DNA of 64,000 nt. It comes from an uncultured Gemmatimonadota bacterium. GTDB lineage: Bacteria > GCA-2686955. The notes beneath the pieces were generated by a model that worked only from the letters and a program-made list of their open reading frames with translations, ran no database searches and was not told where the DNA came from. The DNA is taken from the NCBI GenBank assembly GCA_964490075.1, contig CAZBBK010000012.1, forward strand, positions 1 to 64,000, read 5' to 3'. A program made the translations under genes and the position numbers. Shown piece by piece: positions 1 to 9,990 of the stretch (position 1 is the first letter of the stretch; each line of letters begins with the position of its first letter).

Positions 1-1123
1 CGGTGTCGCGCAGCTCGGCGCGATCGGTGAAGCCCTCGAAGCCCACGCTTAGCTGTGCTCGCTTGGAGAGGTCGGCGTAGGTGGTCAACCCGCCCGAGTA
101 TCGATCGACGGTGTTGTCGTAGGCGATCGGCGACGTGGGATCGACGACACGCCAAGGCCGCTGGCGCTTGAAGTTGAGGCGCGGCTGCAGGCGCAGCCCA
201 TCGCTCAGCTCCAGGTCGAGCTGGGCGTCGAGAATGGTGGTGTCGAAGTCCATGCGGTCGGCGCGCGGCAGCACCAGGTCGTCGCCGTCGCGGGTCTCGG
301 TCCGGTAGTGATCGTGGATCGCCCGCAGCCGCAGCTCGCGCCAGCGCAGGCCGATGTTGACCAGAGTCGGTTGCAGGTCGGAGCGGCCGGCCATGGCGAA
401 CGAGGATCCGGCGAAATCGGTGTAGGTGCGGTCGCTGCGAAGGCCGCGCAGCGCGGAGATGCCGGCCGAGAGCTCCAGGTTGCCGCCCCAGGATCGGTGC
501 GCGCTGAGATCGATCGACTGCTCGCTCGCCGAGTCCATACTCCCCACTCGGCCTGCTACGCGCGCGCCCTCTCTGGCGCCGGTCGCGCTGGCGGTGATCA
601 CGTTGATCACCGCGAGCTCCGCGTAGCCCCCGTGGATCACCGATCCGGGCCCGCGCATCACCTCGATGCGCTCGATCTGCTCGATCGGGAAATGGCGACC
701 GAAGGGGATCGTCGAGAACATCCGCTCGTTCATCTCCTGCCCGTCGAGCAAGAGGAGCACCTTGCCCTCGTGCGCCCAAACGCCGCGAACCCCGATGCCG
801 ACCACCCCTTCCACATCGGCGGCGAAGCCGAAGGCCGGAAGGGTGCGCAGCAGATCGATCAGATCGCGGGCGCCGGAGGCGAGGATCTCGTCGCGGTCGA
901 GTACGGTGACGATGCCGGGCGAGATGCGCAGCGGCCGTGCCCGCTTCGACGCCACCTCGATCTCGACCTCGAGCAGCTCCTCGATCGTCAGACCGCGCAG
1001 ATCGACGTCGTCGTTCGGGACAGCCGCGCCGGGTCCGCCGCGGGCTCCGGCCCCTCCGGCCAGTGCCAGGGCGATGAGTGCGCCGAATAGTCGCCGCGGG
1101 CGGCTCCTTGGGAAAGGGTCCAT
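1..1123 (-). CDS. TonB-dependent receptor, N-terminal part (runs off window start)
   Basis: Manual translation from ATG at 1123 (absent from the ORF track): MDPFPRSRPRRLFGALIALALAGG...DLRGLTIEELLEVEIEVASKRARPLRISPGIVTVLDRDEILASGARDLIDLLR...IEQIERIEVMRGPGSVIHGGYAELAVINVIT, a typical TBDR plug domain. Confidence 0.9.
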   Translation of the reverse strand, partial: MDPFPRSRPRRLFGALIALALAGGAGARGGPGAAVPNDDVDLRGLTIEELLEVEIEVASKRARPLRISPGIVTVLDRDEILASGARDLIDLLRTLPAFGFAADVEGVVGIGVRGVWAHEGKVLLLLDGQEMNERMFSTIPFGRHFPIEQIERIEVMRGPGSVIHGGYAELAVINVITASATGAREGARVAGRVGSMDSASEQSIDLSAHRSWGGNLELSAGISALRGLRSDRTYTDFAGSSFAMAGRSDLQPTLVNIGLRWRELRLRAIHDHYRTETRDGDDLVLPRADRMDFDTTILDAQLDLELSDGLRLQPRLNFKRQRPWRVVDPTSPIAYDNTVDRYSGGLTTYADLSKRAQLSVGFEGFTDRAELRDT

Positions 1124-1374
1124 CTTCGTCTTTTCGCTTCTCGGCGGCTGGACGGCACCCCGCGGGCGGGTCGGCGAGACGCGGACGTCGGCCTGTTCTG
1201 ACGAAATTCTGTCACACTAGAGACGCGCGGCCAAGTCTCGAAACACACCTCTTGGCCCGATCCAACTCACTCTCTACAATCCCTTTGGGAGCAAGAGCCC
1301 ACACCGTGATGGGTGGACATGGAACGGCGCCACCCGACTCGGGAAAGTGGAGGTTTGCGATCCCCGGTCCGCCG

Positions 1375-1956
1375 ATGAAAGCTCGCAGGGGCAGTCGACT
1401 CGCAGCAGCGGGCGGGAGGGTCGGCGTCCTGCACGCCGCGCTCGCGCTCTGCGTCCTCCTCGCTCCGTGCGCCGCGGGACAGACCGTCCAGGAGGATCGA
1501 CTCAAGGCCGAGTTCGTGGAGCGCTTCACCCGTTTCATCGACTGGCCCGAAGAATCCCTGCCGGCGGCCGAGGGGCCCTTCGTCATCGGAGTGGTCGGCG
1601 AGACGCCCTTCGCGGCCGACCTGCAAGAGATGGCACGCACCCGCAAGATCAAGGGCCGCCGGGTCGCGGTGCGCACCATCGGCGCCGCCGAGATCGAGCG
1701 CTGCCAGGTGGTCTGGGTCCCCGAAAGGGCCGGCGACCAGCTCGAGCGGATCCTGGCCCGCGCCCGCGGCAAGGCGGTGCTCACCGTCGCCGACACCCCC
1801 GGCTTCGCCGAGGCCGGGGTGCTGATCAACCTGAAGCGCAGCGATCGGCGCCTGCGCTTCGAGATCAACGTCGACGAGGCCGAGAAATCACCCCTGGGCT
1901 TCCGGGCCAAGCTGCTGCGCCTGGGGATGCGGGTGGGTGCGGGGTCGAAGCCATGA
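1375..1956 (+). CDS. YfiR/DUF4154-family periplasmic protein
   Basis: Signal peptide, then EDRLKAEFVERFTRFIDWP...FVIGVVGETPF...VLTVADTPGFAEAGVLINL...RLRFEINVDEA, matching the YfiR-like family. Start chosen at ATG 1375. Confidence 0.85.
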   Translation: MKARRGSRLAAAGGRVGVLHAALALCVLLAPCAAGQTVQEDRLKAEFVERFTRFIDWPEESLPAAEGPFVIGVVGETPFAADLQEMARTRKIKGRRVAVRTIGAAEIERCQVVWVPERAGDQLERILARARGKAVLTVADTPGFAEAGVLINLKRSDRRLRFEINVDEAEKSPLGFRAKLLRLGMRVGAGSKP

Positions 1957-3545
1957 TTTCGCTGGCCAACGCCTCGTTGGCGACCAAGGTGACCGGCGCG
2001 ATTCTGGCCACCAGCCTGGCCGTTCTGGTGCTCGGCTTCGTTCTGATCGGGGTGCGCGACGTGGCGGTGTTCAAACGCGAGATGGAGCGCACGACGATGC
2101 TGATCGCCGAGCTGGTGGGCGAGTACAGCGTCGTCGATCTGGCCTTCGGGGACCACGTGGAGTCGGGCAAGTCCCTGGCCAAGATGGCGGCGATGCCCGA
2201 CATCGAAGCGGTCACCCTCTACGACGGGGAGGGCGCGCTCTTCGCCACCTACCAGCGCCCCGACCTGGACCACGAGGACCCGCCGCCGGTCCAGAGAATG
2301 GCGCCGGAGATGGAGATCCAGAGCCGCTCCACCGACCGCCATATCGAGGTCTACCGAGAGGTCTGGTACGAAGGCCACCGCTACGGAACCATTCACCTGC
2401 GCGCCACCAGCGAGCCGCTGCGGGCGATGATCCGCGCCCACATCCTGAGCGGGTTGACGATCGCCACCGGGCTGACGCTGGTGGCGATGGCGGCCGCGTT
2501 CCTGCTGCAGCGGGCGATCTCCGGCCCCATCCTCGGCCTGGCGGCGATGGCGCGGCGGCTCTCCGACGAGGCCGACTACTCGATGCGCGCGCCGGTCACC
2601 CGGGGCGACGAGATCGGTGTGCTCTCGATCGGCTTCAACACCATGCTGGCGGCCATCGAGCGGCGCCAACAGGAGCGCGACGCGGCCGATGGGGAGCGGC
2701 GCGAGGCACAGCGCGAGCTGCACCAGCTCAACGAGGAGCTCGAGGAGCGGGTGGCGCGCCGCACCCACGAGCTGGAGCGCGCCCAGGTTCAGCTGGTGCA
2801 GGCGGCGAAGATGGCCTCGCTCGGCACCCTGATGGCCGGCCTGGCCCATGAGATCAACAACCCGGTCAACTACCTGTCGGGCAACCTGGTGCTGCTGGGG
2901 GGACTGCACCGGCGCCTGCGTGGCCACCTGCACGAGCTCAGCGATGCGCTGCTGCGCGGCAAGTTGGAGCGCTCCGGTGCGTTGCTCGCCGACAGCGTCG
3001 AGGCGGCGAACCGGTTGAGCGAGCTTTCCAAGAGCCTGCGCCTCTTCTCGACCCCCAGCGATGCCCCGCTGCAGCCCGGCGATTTGCACCAGGCGATCGA
3101 TGCCAGCCTGCAGGTCCTGGAGCCGCGCCTGAAGGACGGCATCGAGGTCGTGAAGCACTACGGCGAGCTGCCGGCGGTTCCGTGTAAGATCGGGCAGCTC
3201 AACCAGGTCTTCCTGAACCTCATCGAGAACGCCGTGGAGGCGATGGAAGGGCGGGGCAGACTGATCGTGACGACGGCCCTCGAGAGTGGATCGGCCGTGA
3301 TTCGCTTCGCCGACGAGGGCCCAGGAATCGTCCCCGAGGCGATTTCCCGACTTTTCGACCCCTTCTTCACCACCAAGGACGTGGGGAAGGGGATGGGGAT
3401 GGGACTGGCGCTCAGCCAGACCATCGTGGTCGATGCCCATGGCGGCGAGATATCGGCCCGCAACCGCCCCGAGGGCGGCTGCGAGTTCACCATTCGCTTG
3501 AGCTGCTCGCTGCCGCGAGAGAGCGAGGCGCAACCCAATGTATGA
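1953..3545 (+). CDS. Membrane sensor histidine kinase (periplasmic sensor, HAMP, HisKA, HATPase)
   Basis: Two TM segments, HAMP (DEIGVLSIGFNTML), H-box LAHEINNP, N-box LNQVFLNLIENA, DEGPGI, FDPFFTTK, GMGMGL. ATGA overlap with the upstream stop. Confidence 0.92.
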   Translation: MISLANASLATKVTGAILATSLAVLVLGFVLIGVRDVAVFKREMERTTMLIAELVGEYSVVDLAFGDHVESGKSLAKMAAMPDIEAVTLYDGEGALFATYQRPDLDHEDPPPVQRMAPEMEIQSRSTDRHIEVYREVWYEGHRYGTIHLRATSEPLRAMIRAHILSGLTIATGLTLVAMAAAFLLQRAISGPILGLAAMARRLSDEADYSMRAPVTRGDEIGVLSIGFNTMLAAIERRQQERDAADGERREAQRELHQLNEELEERVARRTHELERAQVQLVQAAKMASLGTLMAGLAHEINNPVNYLSGNLVLLGGLHRRLRGHLHELSDALLRGKLERSGALLADSVEAANRLSELSKSLRLFSTPSDAPLQPGDLHQAIDASLQVLEPRLKDGIEVVKHYGELPAVPCKIGQLNQVFLNLIENAVEAMEGRGRLIVTTALESGSAVIRFADEGPGIVPEAISRLFDPFFTTKDVGKGMGMGLALSQTIVVDAHGGEISARNRPEGGCEFTIRLSCSLPRESEAQPNV

Positions 3546-5634
3546 CGAGCTCCAAGAAGGCGCCCAGGAGCGCCGGCCGCAGGTGCTGGTGATCGACGAC
3601 GAGCCCGGCAATCTGCGGATGATGGCCGGCGCCCTGGAGGATGAGTTCGAGGTGCTGACCGCGACCGGGGGCGACGAGGGGTTGAACCTGCTGAACGACG
3701 AGGTGGCGGTCCTGCTCTGTGACGAGCGGATGCCGGGGCTGCGCGGGATCGACGTGCTGCGCGAAGCGCGCCGGCGCTGCGAGACGGTCTCGCGGGTGCT
3801 GGTCACCGCCTACCCCGACAAGAGCTTGCTCGCATCCGCGATTAACGAAGGGGGAGTGCGCCGCTACCTCGAGAAGCCCTTCGCGCCCGAGGAGCTGGTC
3901 TCGTTGGTGCGCCAGGAAGCCCGCTACGTGGCCCTGGTGCGCGCCGATGCGGCACGCTCGGCCGAGCTTGCGATTCGCAACCGCATCGCCAACGTGTTCC
4001 TGACCACGTCGGGAGACGAGATGTTCGCGATGCTGCTCGGCGAGGTGCTGGAGGCCGCGCAGAGCCGCTGCGGCATCCTCGGCATCGTCGACGAGAGCGG
4101 CGCGGTGATTGCCCACCAGGTGGTTTGCGAGGAGCGGGATGCGGGCGCCGCCGCGGCGCGCAGCCGGGTGATCGAGCGGGTCGACTGGAGCGGGATCTGG
4201 AGTCCCACCCTGGCCGAAGGGAAGACGGTTCGCCACAACTCCGAGGTGGCGATCCCTGCCCAACCCCAGCCGGTGCAGCGCGCCCTGGGCGTGCCGATCG
4301 TGCACCGCGACTGCGTCATCGCCAGTCTGATCGTCGGCCAGCGCGAGACCGACTACGGGGCCGACGCGGTCCTGCTCCTGGAGACCCTGGCGACCGCGAT
4401 CGCTCCGGTGCTGCAGGCGCGCCTGGAGCGCGACCGCAAGGAGCGCGAGCGGGCCTCCGAGGAGCGGGCGCGGCATCACGTCGAGAAGCAAATCCAGCAG
4501 GCCCAGAAGCTCGAAAGCCTGGGAGTGCTGGCCGGGGGGATCGCCCACGACTTCAACAACATCCTGACCGGGGTGCTCGGCAATGCCAGCCTGGCGCTCG
4601 CCCGGCTCGGTCCCGAATCGCCCGCGCGAGAGGAGATCGAGCAGGTCGAGAAGGCTGCCAAATGGGCCGCGGAGCTCACCCAGCAGATGCTCGCCTACTC
4701 CGGCCGGGGGCGCTTCCTGGTGGTGCCCCTCGACATCGGCAAGATCGTAACGGAGATGGCCCACTTGCTGGACGCCGCCACCTCGAAGAAGGCGGTCATC
4801 AAGTACAGCCTCATGGCCGGCATCCCGCCGATCATGGCCGACTCGGCGCAGGTGCGCCAGGTGGTGATGAACCTGATCACCAACGCTTCCGATGCCATCG
4901 GCGACGCCAGCGGCGTGATCACTGTCGGCACCGGGTTGATCGAGGCCGACCGGGGCTACCTGCGCGATACCTTCATCGACTGGGATCTGAAGGAGGGCCG
5001 CTTCGTCTGGCTCGAGGTGTCCGACACCGGCTGCGGCATGGAGGAGGCGACGGTCGCGAAGATCTTCGATCCTTTCTTCACCACCAAGTTCACCGGCCGC
5101 GGCCTGGGTCTGGCGGCGGTGCTCGGCATCGTGCGCGGCCACGAGGGGGCGCTCAAGATCTACAGCGAGCCCGGCAAGGGCACCACCTTCAAGGTGCTCT
5201 TTCCCGCGGCCAGCGAGCAGGACAAGGTCGACTTCGTCTCGCCCATCAACGCCGAGGGCTGGAAAGGGGAGGGGGTCGCGCTCCTGGTGGACGACGAGGA
5301 GGTGGTGCGCAGGACCGCCGGAGCGGTGCTCAAGCGGCTCGGCTTCGAGGTGCTGGTGGCCGCCGATGGGCGCGAGGCGCTCGAGCTCTTCGAGGCGAAC
5401 ATCGATTCCGTGCGCGTGGTGCTCCTCGACATGACGATGCCGGTGATGGATGGATCGGAGACTTTTCGGGAACTGAAACGGCTGCGCCCGGACGTGCGCG
5501 TGGTGCTCTCCAGCGGCTACAACGAGCAGGAGGCCACCAGCAGCTTCGCCGGCAAAGGGCTCGCCGGGTTCATCCAGAAGCCCTATTCGGCCCGCAAGTT
5601 GGCGGCGATCCTGCGCGGCATCCTCGAAGGCTGA
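3538..5634 (+). CDS. Hybrid histidine kinase REC-GAF-HisKA-HATPase-REC (CckA-like)
   Basis: N-terminal receiver (VLVIDDE, CDERMPG), GAF-like region, GIAHDFNN, DTGCGM, FDPFFTTK, C-terminal receiver (LLVDDE, LDMTMP, IQKP). Confidence 0.93.
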   Translation: MYDELQEGAQERRPQVLVIDDEPGNLRMMAGALEDEFEVLTATGGDEGLNLLNDEVAVLLCDERMPGLRGIDVLREARRRCETVSRVLVTAYPDKSLLASAINEGGVRRYLEKPFAPEELVSLVRQEARYVALVRADAARSAELAIRNRIANVFLTTSGDEMFAMLLGEVLEAAQSRCGILGIVDESGAVIAHQVVCEERDAGAAAARSRVIERVDWSGIWSPTLAEGKTVRHNSEVAIPAQPQPVQRALGVPIVHRDCVIASLIVGQRETDYGADAVLLLETLATAIAPVLQARLERDRKERERASEERARHHVEKQIQQAQKLESLGVLAGGIAHDFNNILTGVLGNASLALARLGPESPAREEIEQVEKAAKWAAELTQQMLAYSGRGRFLVVPLDIGKIVTEMAHLLDAATSKKAVIKYSLMAGIPPIMADSAQVRQVVMNLITNASDAIGDASGVITVGTGLIEADRGYLRDTFIDWDLKEGRFVWLEVSDTGCGMEEATVAKIFDPFFTTKFTGRGLGLAAVLGIVRGHEGALKIYSEPGKGTTFKVLFPAASEQDKVDFVSPINAEGWKGEGVALLVDDEEVVRRTAGAVLKRLGFEVLVAADGREALELFEANIDSVRVVLLDMTMPVMDGSETFRELKRLRPDVRVVLSSGYNEQEATSSFAGKGLAGFIQKPYSARKLAAILRGILEG

Positions 5635-5704
5635 GGGGCGAACCCGAGGTTAGGCTGACAGGGAATGCGCCCGACCCTTTCGCGTGCGGGGAATCAGCCA
5701 AACC

Positions 5705-6892
5705 ATGCCCAACGATCATCTACGCCTCGTCGTGCTCACCCTCTGCCTGACGGCCGTCCCCGCGGCGGCCGAGCGCGCGGGCGATCTGGCCCACGGCTTC
5801 GGCGGCGGCGCCTACGCACGCGCCGATACCCTGGTGCTCCCGGCGGGCCGCTACGAGCTCAGGGCCGACGTGGAGATCGACTCCACGACCACGGTGCTGA
5901 TCCGTGCCGGGGCGACCTGCGCGCTCGGGCCCGATGTCGGCATCCTCTGCCGCGGGCGGCTCGTGGCCGAAGGCAGCGAGGCGGCGCCGGTGACCTTCAC
6001 CTGGCTGGCCCCCGATTCGCTCTGGGGGAGCGTGCTGCTGCTGGGCTCCGGGGCCGAGGGCAGCGTGTTTCGCCACACGGTGGTCGAGCACGGCTCGAAC
6101 AAGGAGTTCACCGGGGAGCTCTTCGCGTCCGGAGCGGTCGTCTCCTATCAGGCCGACGTCGACTTTCTGAACTGTCGCTTTCGCGACAACGAGGGCGGCG
6201 ATTGTCTGAACGTCGTGGAGGCACGTTCGCTGGTCGATCACTGTATCTTCGAGCGCTCGCAAGACGCCATCGATTTCGACCGCCCCGACAGCTGCCGGAT
6301 CGTCCACAGCGAGTTCTACGACAGCCAGGACGACGCCATCGACCTCGGTGGGCCGCGCGCCTCGTTCACGCTGTGTCGCTACAACCGAATCGAGGGCGCG
6401 GAGGACAAGGGCTTCTCGGTGGAGGGACTCAGTGCCCTGATCGAGAACAACCTGGTGGTCGATACAGAGATCGCCATCGCCCTCAAGGACGGCTCGGAAT
6501 CGTTCCTCGCCAACAACACCTTGGTCGGCAACGCGTTCGGTCTGAAGGCCTATCAGAAGACCCCCGGGCGTGGTGGAGGGGGGGGGATGGTGATCGAGAC
6601 GATCATCTGGGCGGCGGACTCGGCCGCGGTCGATCTCGACAGCCTCTCGACCACCGCTTTCCGCTACTGCGCTATCGAGGGCGGTTGGGTGGGGACGGGC
6701 AACATCGACGCCGATCCACTTTTCGCCGAGTACCAGGGGTTCTCCCAGCTTCTGGCGCCCGGCTCGCCCTGCATCGATGCGGGGGATCCGGCCCGCGCCG
6801 ACGGGATCGAATGGCCGCCCTGGTACCCGAACGGGACGCGCGCCGACATCGGCGCCTACGGCGGACCGGGCGCCGGTGGCTGGGGCGACTAG
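5705..6892 (+). CDS. Secreted right-handed beta-helix protein
   Basis: Signal peptide, DAIDFD/DKGFSV PbH1-type turns, C-terminal GNIDADPLF...SPCIDAGDP...DIGAYGGP. Confidence 0.8.
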   Translation: MPNDHLRLVVLTLCLTAVPAAAERAGDLAHGFGGGAYARADTLVLPAGRYELRADVEIDSTTTVLIRAGATCALGPDVGILCRGRLVAEGSEAAPVTFTWLAPDSLWGSVLLLGSGAEGSVFRHTVVEHGSNKEFTGELFASGAVVSYQADVDFLNCRFRDNEGGDCLNVVEARSLVDHCIFERSQDAIDFDRPDSCRIVHSEFYDSQDDAIDLGGPRASFTLCRYNRIEGAEDKGFSVEGLSALIENNLVVDTEIAIALKDGSESFLANNTLVGNAFGLKAYQKTPGRGGGGGMVIETIIWAADSAAVDLDSLSTTAFRYCAIEGGWVGTGNIDADPLFAEYQGFSQLLAPGSPCIDAGDPARADGIEWPPWYPNGTRADIGAYGGPGAGGWGD

Positions 6893-9800
6893 TATCGCAG
6901 CAGCGGATCGGCGTTGGCAGCATCGGGGGTCGGTGCGTCGAACTCTTCCCAGTCGCGGGCCGCGTCGGGGTAGCGGCCGAAGCTCCAATCGCTGTTCTGG
7001 TAGCCGAAGACGATGTGGTCGAGCACCTGCGTCGAATCATCGAGGGCCTGTACCAGGGCCAGCTCCTCGCCTTCGCGGTCGAGCTTGAGCGTGGCGTGCA
7101 GGGGACCCTCGGAGGGTTCGTCGTCGAGCCAGATCAGGAGGCGCTCTCCCGGCGCCAGCTCGAGCGCCGGCAAAGGCCACTCCAGGGGATCGTCCTCGGG
7201 ATCGTCGCTCAGGTAGAGGCCGGCGGTCGACAGCGAGCTGTCGGCCGCGTTGACGATCTCGACCCAATCCTCGAACTCGCCGAATTCGTCGGCCACCAGC
7301 GACATATTTTTGGCGCAAAGCTCGTTGAGCAATGCCGCGCCGGGAGGATCGTCGAGCAGGTAGACCGTCGCGACCGCTGACTGGTAGCGCAAGTTCCGCT
7401 CCAGCGGCGTGAACACCAGGTCGTAGCGCCCTTGCCGATCGGGATCGAGCCCGACCGGAAGGGTGATCGACCACCACGCCGCCAGGGTGTCTCCGGGCTG
7501 CAACGTGGGGAGGGGGAGGGTCGCGATCGGCTGGTCCGACCACCAGAGGCCTCCGGGCGCGATCAACTCCACCGCGAGCTCGAGGTCGAGGCTGGGCCGC
7601 CAGTTGGCGATGGCCTGCAGATCGACCTGGAGCTGCTCGCCGGAGTGCCAGATTTCGCGGCGCGGAGTGGCGACGATCTCGACCGGCTCGAGCCAGCTGT
7701 TGGCCGTGCCCAGGGTCGCCTCCGGCAGCGGGCGGCTGCGTCCGTGGCCGTCCGGAACGCGACCCAGCGACATCTCCTCGGAACGCTCCGGCAAGGTCAG
7801 CGAATCGACGACGACCGTATCCTGGGCGCCGACCTCGCTGAGGGCGAGCCAGCTCGGGCGCGGGAGCGGGGCCGGCAGATCGAAGGCCTGGAGCTGGCCC
7901 TCGGTGAAGCCGAGCGAACCGAGCGGCCACTTGCCCAACGAATCGGGATCGTCGCTCAAGCAGAGATCGGCCGACTCGAAGAGTCGCCCGCCGCGATAGT
8001 GCAGCTCGACCGCGGTCGCGATGCTGTCGGGCCCGACCAGGTGATCGGCGACTTCGTTGATCGCCAGGTCGACCTGCTGCGGCGGTATGAGCTCGGCGAT
8101 CGATTCGCGCAGGCGGCCCTCGCGCTCCTCCAGGAAGGCCTCGAGCTCATCGACGCCGCGCGTGAAGGGCGCGACCCTCTCGCGGCTGATCTTGGCCACG
8201 TCGATCTCGCCCTCTGGGATGATCAGCGGCAGCCAGCGATCGAAGACGGCACACACCGCCGGCGTGGCGAGCGGTCCGTCCAGCAGATTCTCCAGGTGCT
8301 CCAGGTAGCGACGTTTCAGTGAGGGGGTCGAGAGGATCTTGTCGGCGATGGGGCTGACCTGCCCCGAGTCATTGGGATGGTCGGGGCCACCCAGATCGGC
8401 GGGCGAGCTGGAGTCGCGCAGGACCAGGTCGACATCCCAGCCGAGAACGCGCCACGCGCCGCCGGAGCGGTCTCTGTGGAGGATGAAGTTCTCGCACATG
8501 AAGTCGTTGTTCTCGACGTAGACCTGAGTGGCGTACCAGCCCAGCACCTGGTCGAGATCGAAGGTCGACCGCATCCAGGACTCGGTGTCGAGCGGTTGAA
8601 CCGTCTCCAGCTCGTGCAGCAGACGGGCGATGTCGCGCCGATACCAGTCGTCGGCATTGGTGTTCTGGCAGCGATTGATGAGCTGCCAGATCTCCGTCGC
8701 CGGCTCGCAAAAGAGATGGACCTTGTAGGAGCGGCCGAGCGGATCGAATCCGATGCGCTGCAGGTAGCGCTCGTCGGGATCTTCGATCCGAGTGAAGAGG
8801 CCGGCGTAGGCATCGTTGAGCATCAGCCGCCAGGGAGCGGCGTCGTAAGCGGGGTGGGCCGCGGCGACCATCAGGTCGTGACAGATGGTCTCGCGGGCCA
8901 GGGAGTGATCCGAAAAGCCGGCCGCCAGCGACAGAATATCGGAACCCTCGATGTCGGGCCCGGCGTCGATGCGCAGCTTGTAGGACTTCTTCGGCAGTTC
9001 CAGTGAGCTCATGCCGCGGAAGTTCAGCTCGCAGATGCGCAGCATTCCGTCGACCCAGAGCTCGGCCGCCCCGCGCAGCTTCTGCGGCAGCGCGCGCTCC
9101 ATCTCTCTGAGGTCGGACTCATCGACGTAGAGCCGCGCCAGGGGCAGGGACGAGGCGTCGAAGGGGCGCTCGGCGACGTTGGGCAGCGTGGCCGCGGCGC
9201 CCGCACGGCCGGCGGAGTCGATCAGCTCGACGATGCACTGGTCGCTCGAGTCGGCCGGCACCACGGCCCAGGTAGCGAAGCGCCGGGCCGACAGGGCGAG
9301 GTGGCGCGAGCTTGCGGGCACCGTGACCCGGAAGCCGTCGACGTGCAGGGGACTGGGCGCGTCCCAGGTCAAGAGGGCGCCGCCGTAGGTCGGTCGGATC
9401 GCGAGATCGCTGGGGGTGGGCAGGCGGGGGTAGGGGGCGAGGGGCGCCAGAGCGATCGCCGCCAGGGCGGGTGTGCCCTCGAGGGCGGCGATCTCGACCA
9501 GCGTGGTGGTGTCGCCGAGCACCAGCGAGCGGCGGATGTCGAGGCTGCGGCGCTGGCCCACCGAGCGCTGGACATCGAGGTCCGAAAGCAGGGTTCGACC
9601 ATCGACGCGCACCTCGACCCTGGTCATTCCGGGGCCGTTCGATTCGATGTCGATCCAGCGCAAGGTGAGCTCGTGCGGCCCCGGCGCGGTGTCGAACATG
9701 TAGGCGTGGTCTCCGCCGCGCAGCTCGAGGTAGAGGGGCGTCTCCAGCCATCCCCAGCCGTGGTAGATCCCGGAGCCGGTCCATGACAAAGTGTCTCCGC

Positions 9801-9990
9801 CCACGTAGCCGCCCGAGCCCGCGCCGTAGGGCTGGTCGGCGGCATAGAGGATCTGGTCGCGGGCATCGATCGCCGTGTCGCTCCCGCAGTTGAACGCGTT
9901 TGTCCGCTGGGCCGTGGCGGCCGCGCACGCCGCCGACCCCAGCCACGAGGCCGCCAGCGCGGTGCGGGACCAGACGCTGCGCGAGATCAT
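6889..9990 (-). CDS. CotH-family kinase with malectin-like, FN3-like, lamin-tail (LTD) and Ig-like domains
   Basis: Start MISRSVW at 9990. FRGMSSLELPKKSYKL, ARETICHDL, YAGLFTRIEDPD, ENNDFMCENF...LGWDVD; C-terminal LTD LNELCAKN...DEFGEFEDWVEI. Confidence 0.88.
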   Translation of the reverse strand: MISRSVWSRTALAASWLGSAACAAATAQRTNAFNCGSDTAIDARDQILYAADQPYGAGSGGYVGGDTLSWTGSGIYHGWGWLETPLYLELRGGDHAYMFDTAPGPHELTLRWIDIESNGPGMTRVEVRVDGRTLLSDLDVQRSVGQRRSLDIRRSLVLGDTTTLVEIAALEGTPALAAIALAPLAPYPRLPTPSDLAIRPTYGGALLTWDAPSPLHVDGFRVTVPASSRHLALSARRFATWAVVPADSSDQCIVELIDSAGRAGAAATLPNVAERPFDASSLPLARLYVDESDLREMERALPQKLRGAAELWVDGMLRICELNFRGMSSLELPKKSYKLRIDAGPDIEGSDILSLAAGFSDHSLARETICHDLMVAAAHPAYDAAPWRLMLNDAYAGLFTRIEDPDERYLQRIGFDPLGRSYKVHLFCEPATEIWQLINRCQNTNADDWYRRDIARLLHELETVQPLDTESWMRSTFDLDQVLGWYATQVYVENNDFMCENFILHRDRSGGAWRVLGWDVDLVLRDSSSPADLGGPDHPNDSGQVSPIADKILSTPSLKRRYLEHLENLLDGPLATPAVCAVFDRWLPLIIPEGEIDVAKISRERVAPFTRGVDELEAFLEEREGRLRESIAELIPPQQVDLAINEVADHLVGPDSIATAVELHYRGGRLFESADLCLSDDPDSLGKWPLGSLGFTEGQLQAFDLPAPLPRPSWLALSEVGAQDTVVVDSLTLPERSEEMSLGRVPDGHGRSRPLPEATLGTANSWLEPVEIVATPRREIWHSGEQLQVDLQAIANWRPSLDLELAVELIAPGGLWWSDQPIATLPLPTLQPGDTLAAWWSITLPVGLDPDRQGRYDLVFTPLERNLRYQSAVATVYLLDDPPGAALLNELCAKNMSLVADEFGEFEDWVEIVNAADSSLSTAGLYLSDDPEDDPLEWPLPALELAPGERLLIWLDDEPSEGPLHATLKLDREGEELALVQALDDSTQVLDHIVFGYQNSDWSFGRYPDAARDWEEFDAPTPDAANADPLLRY

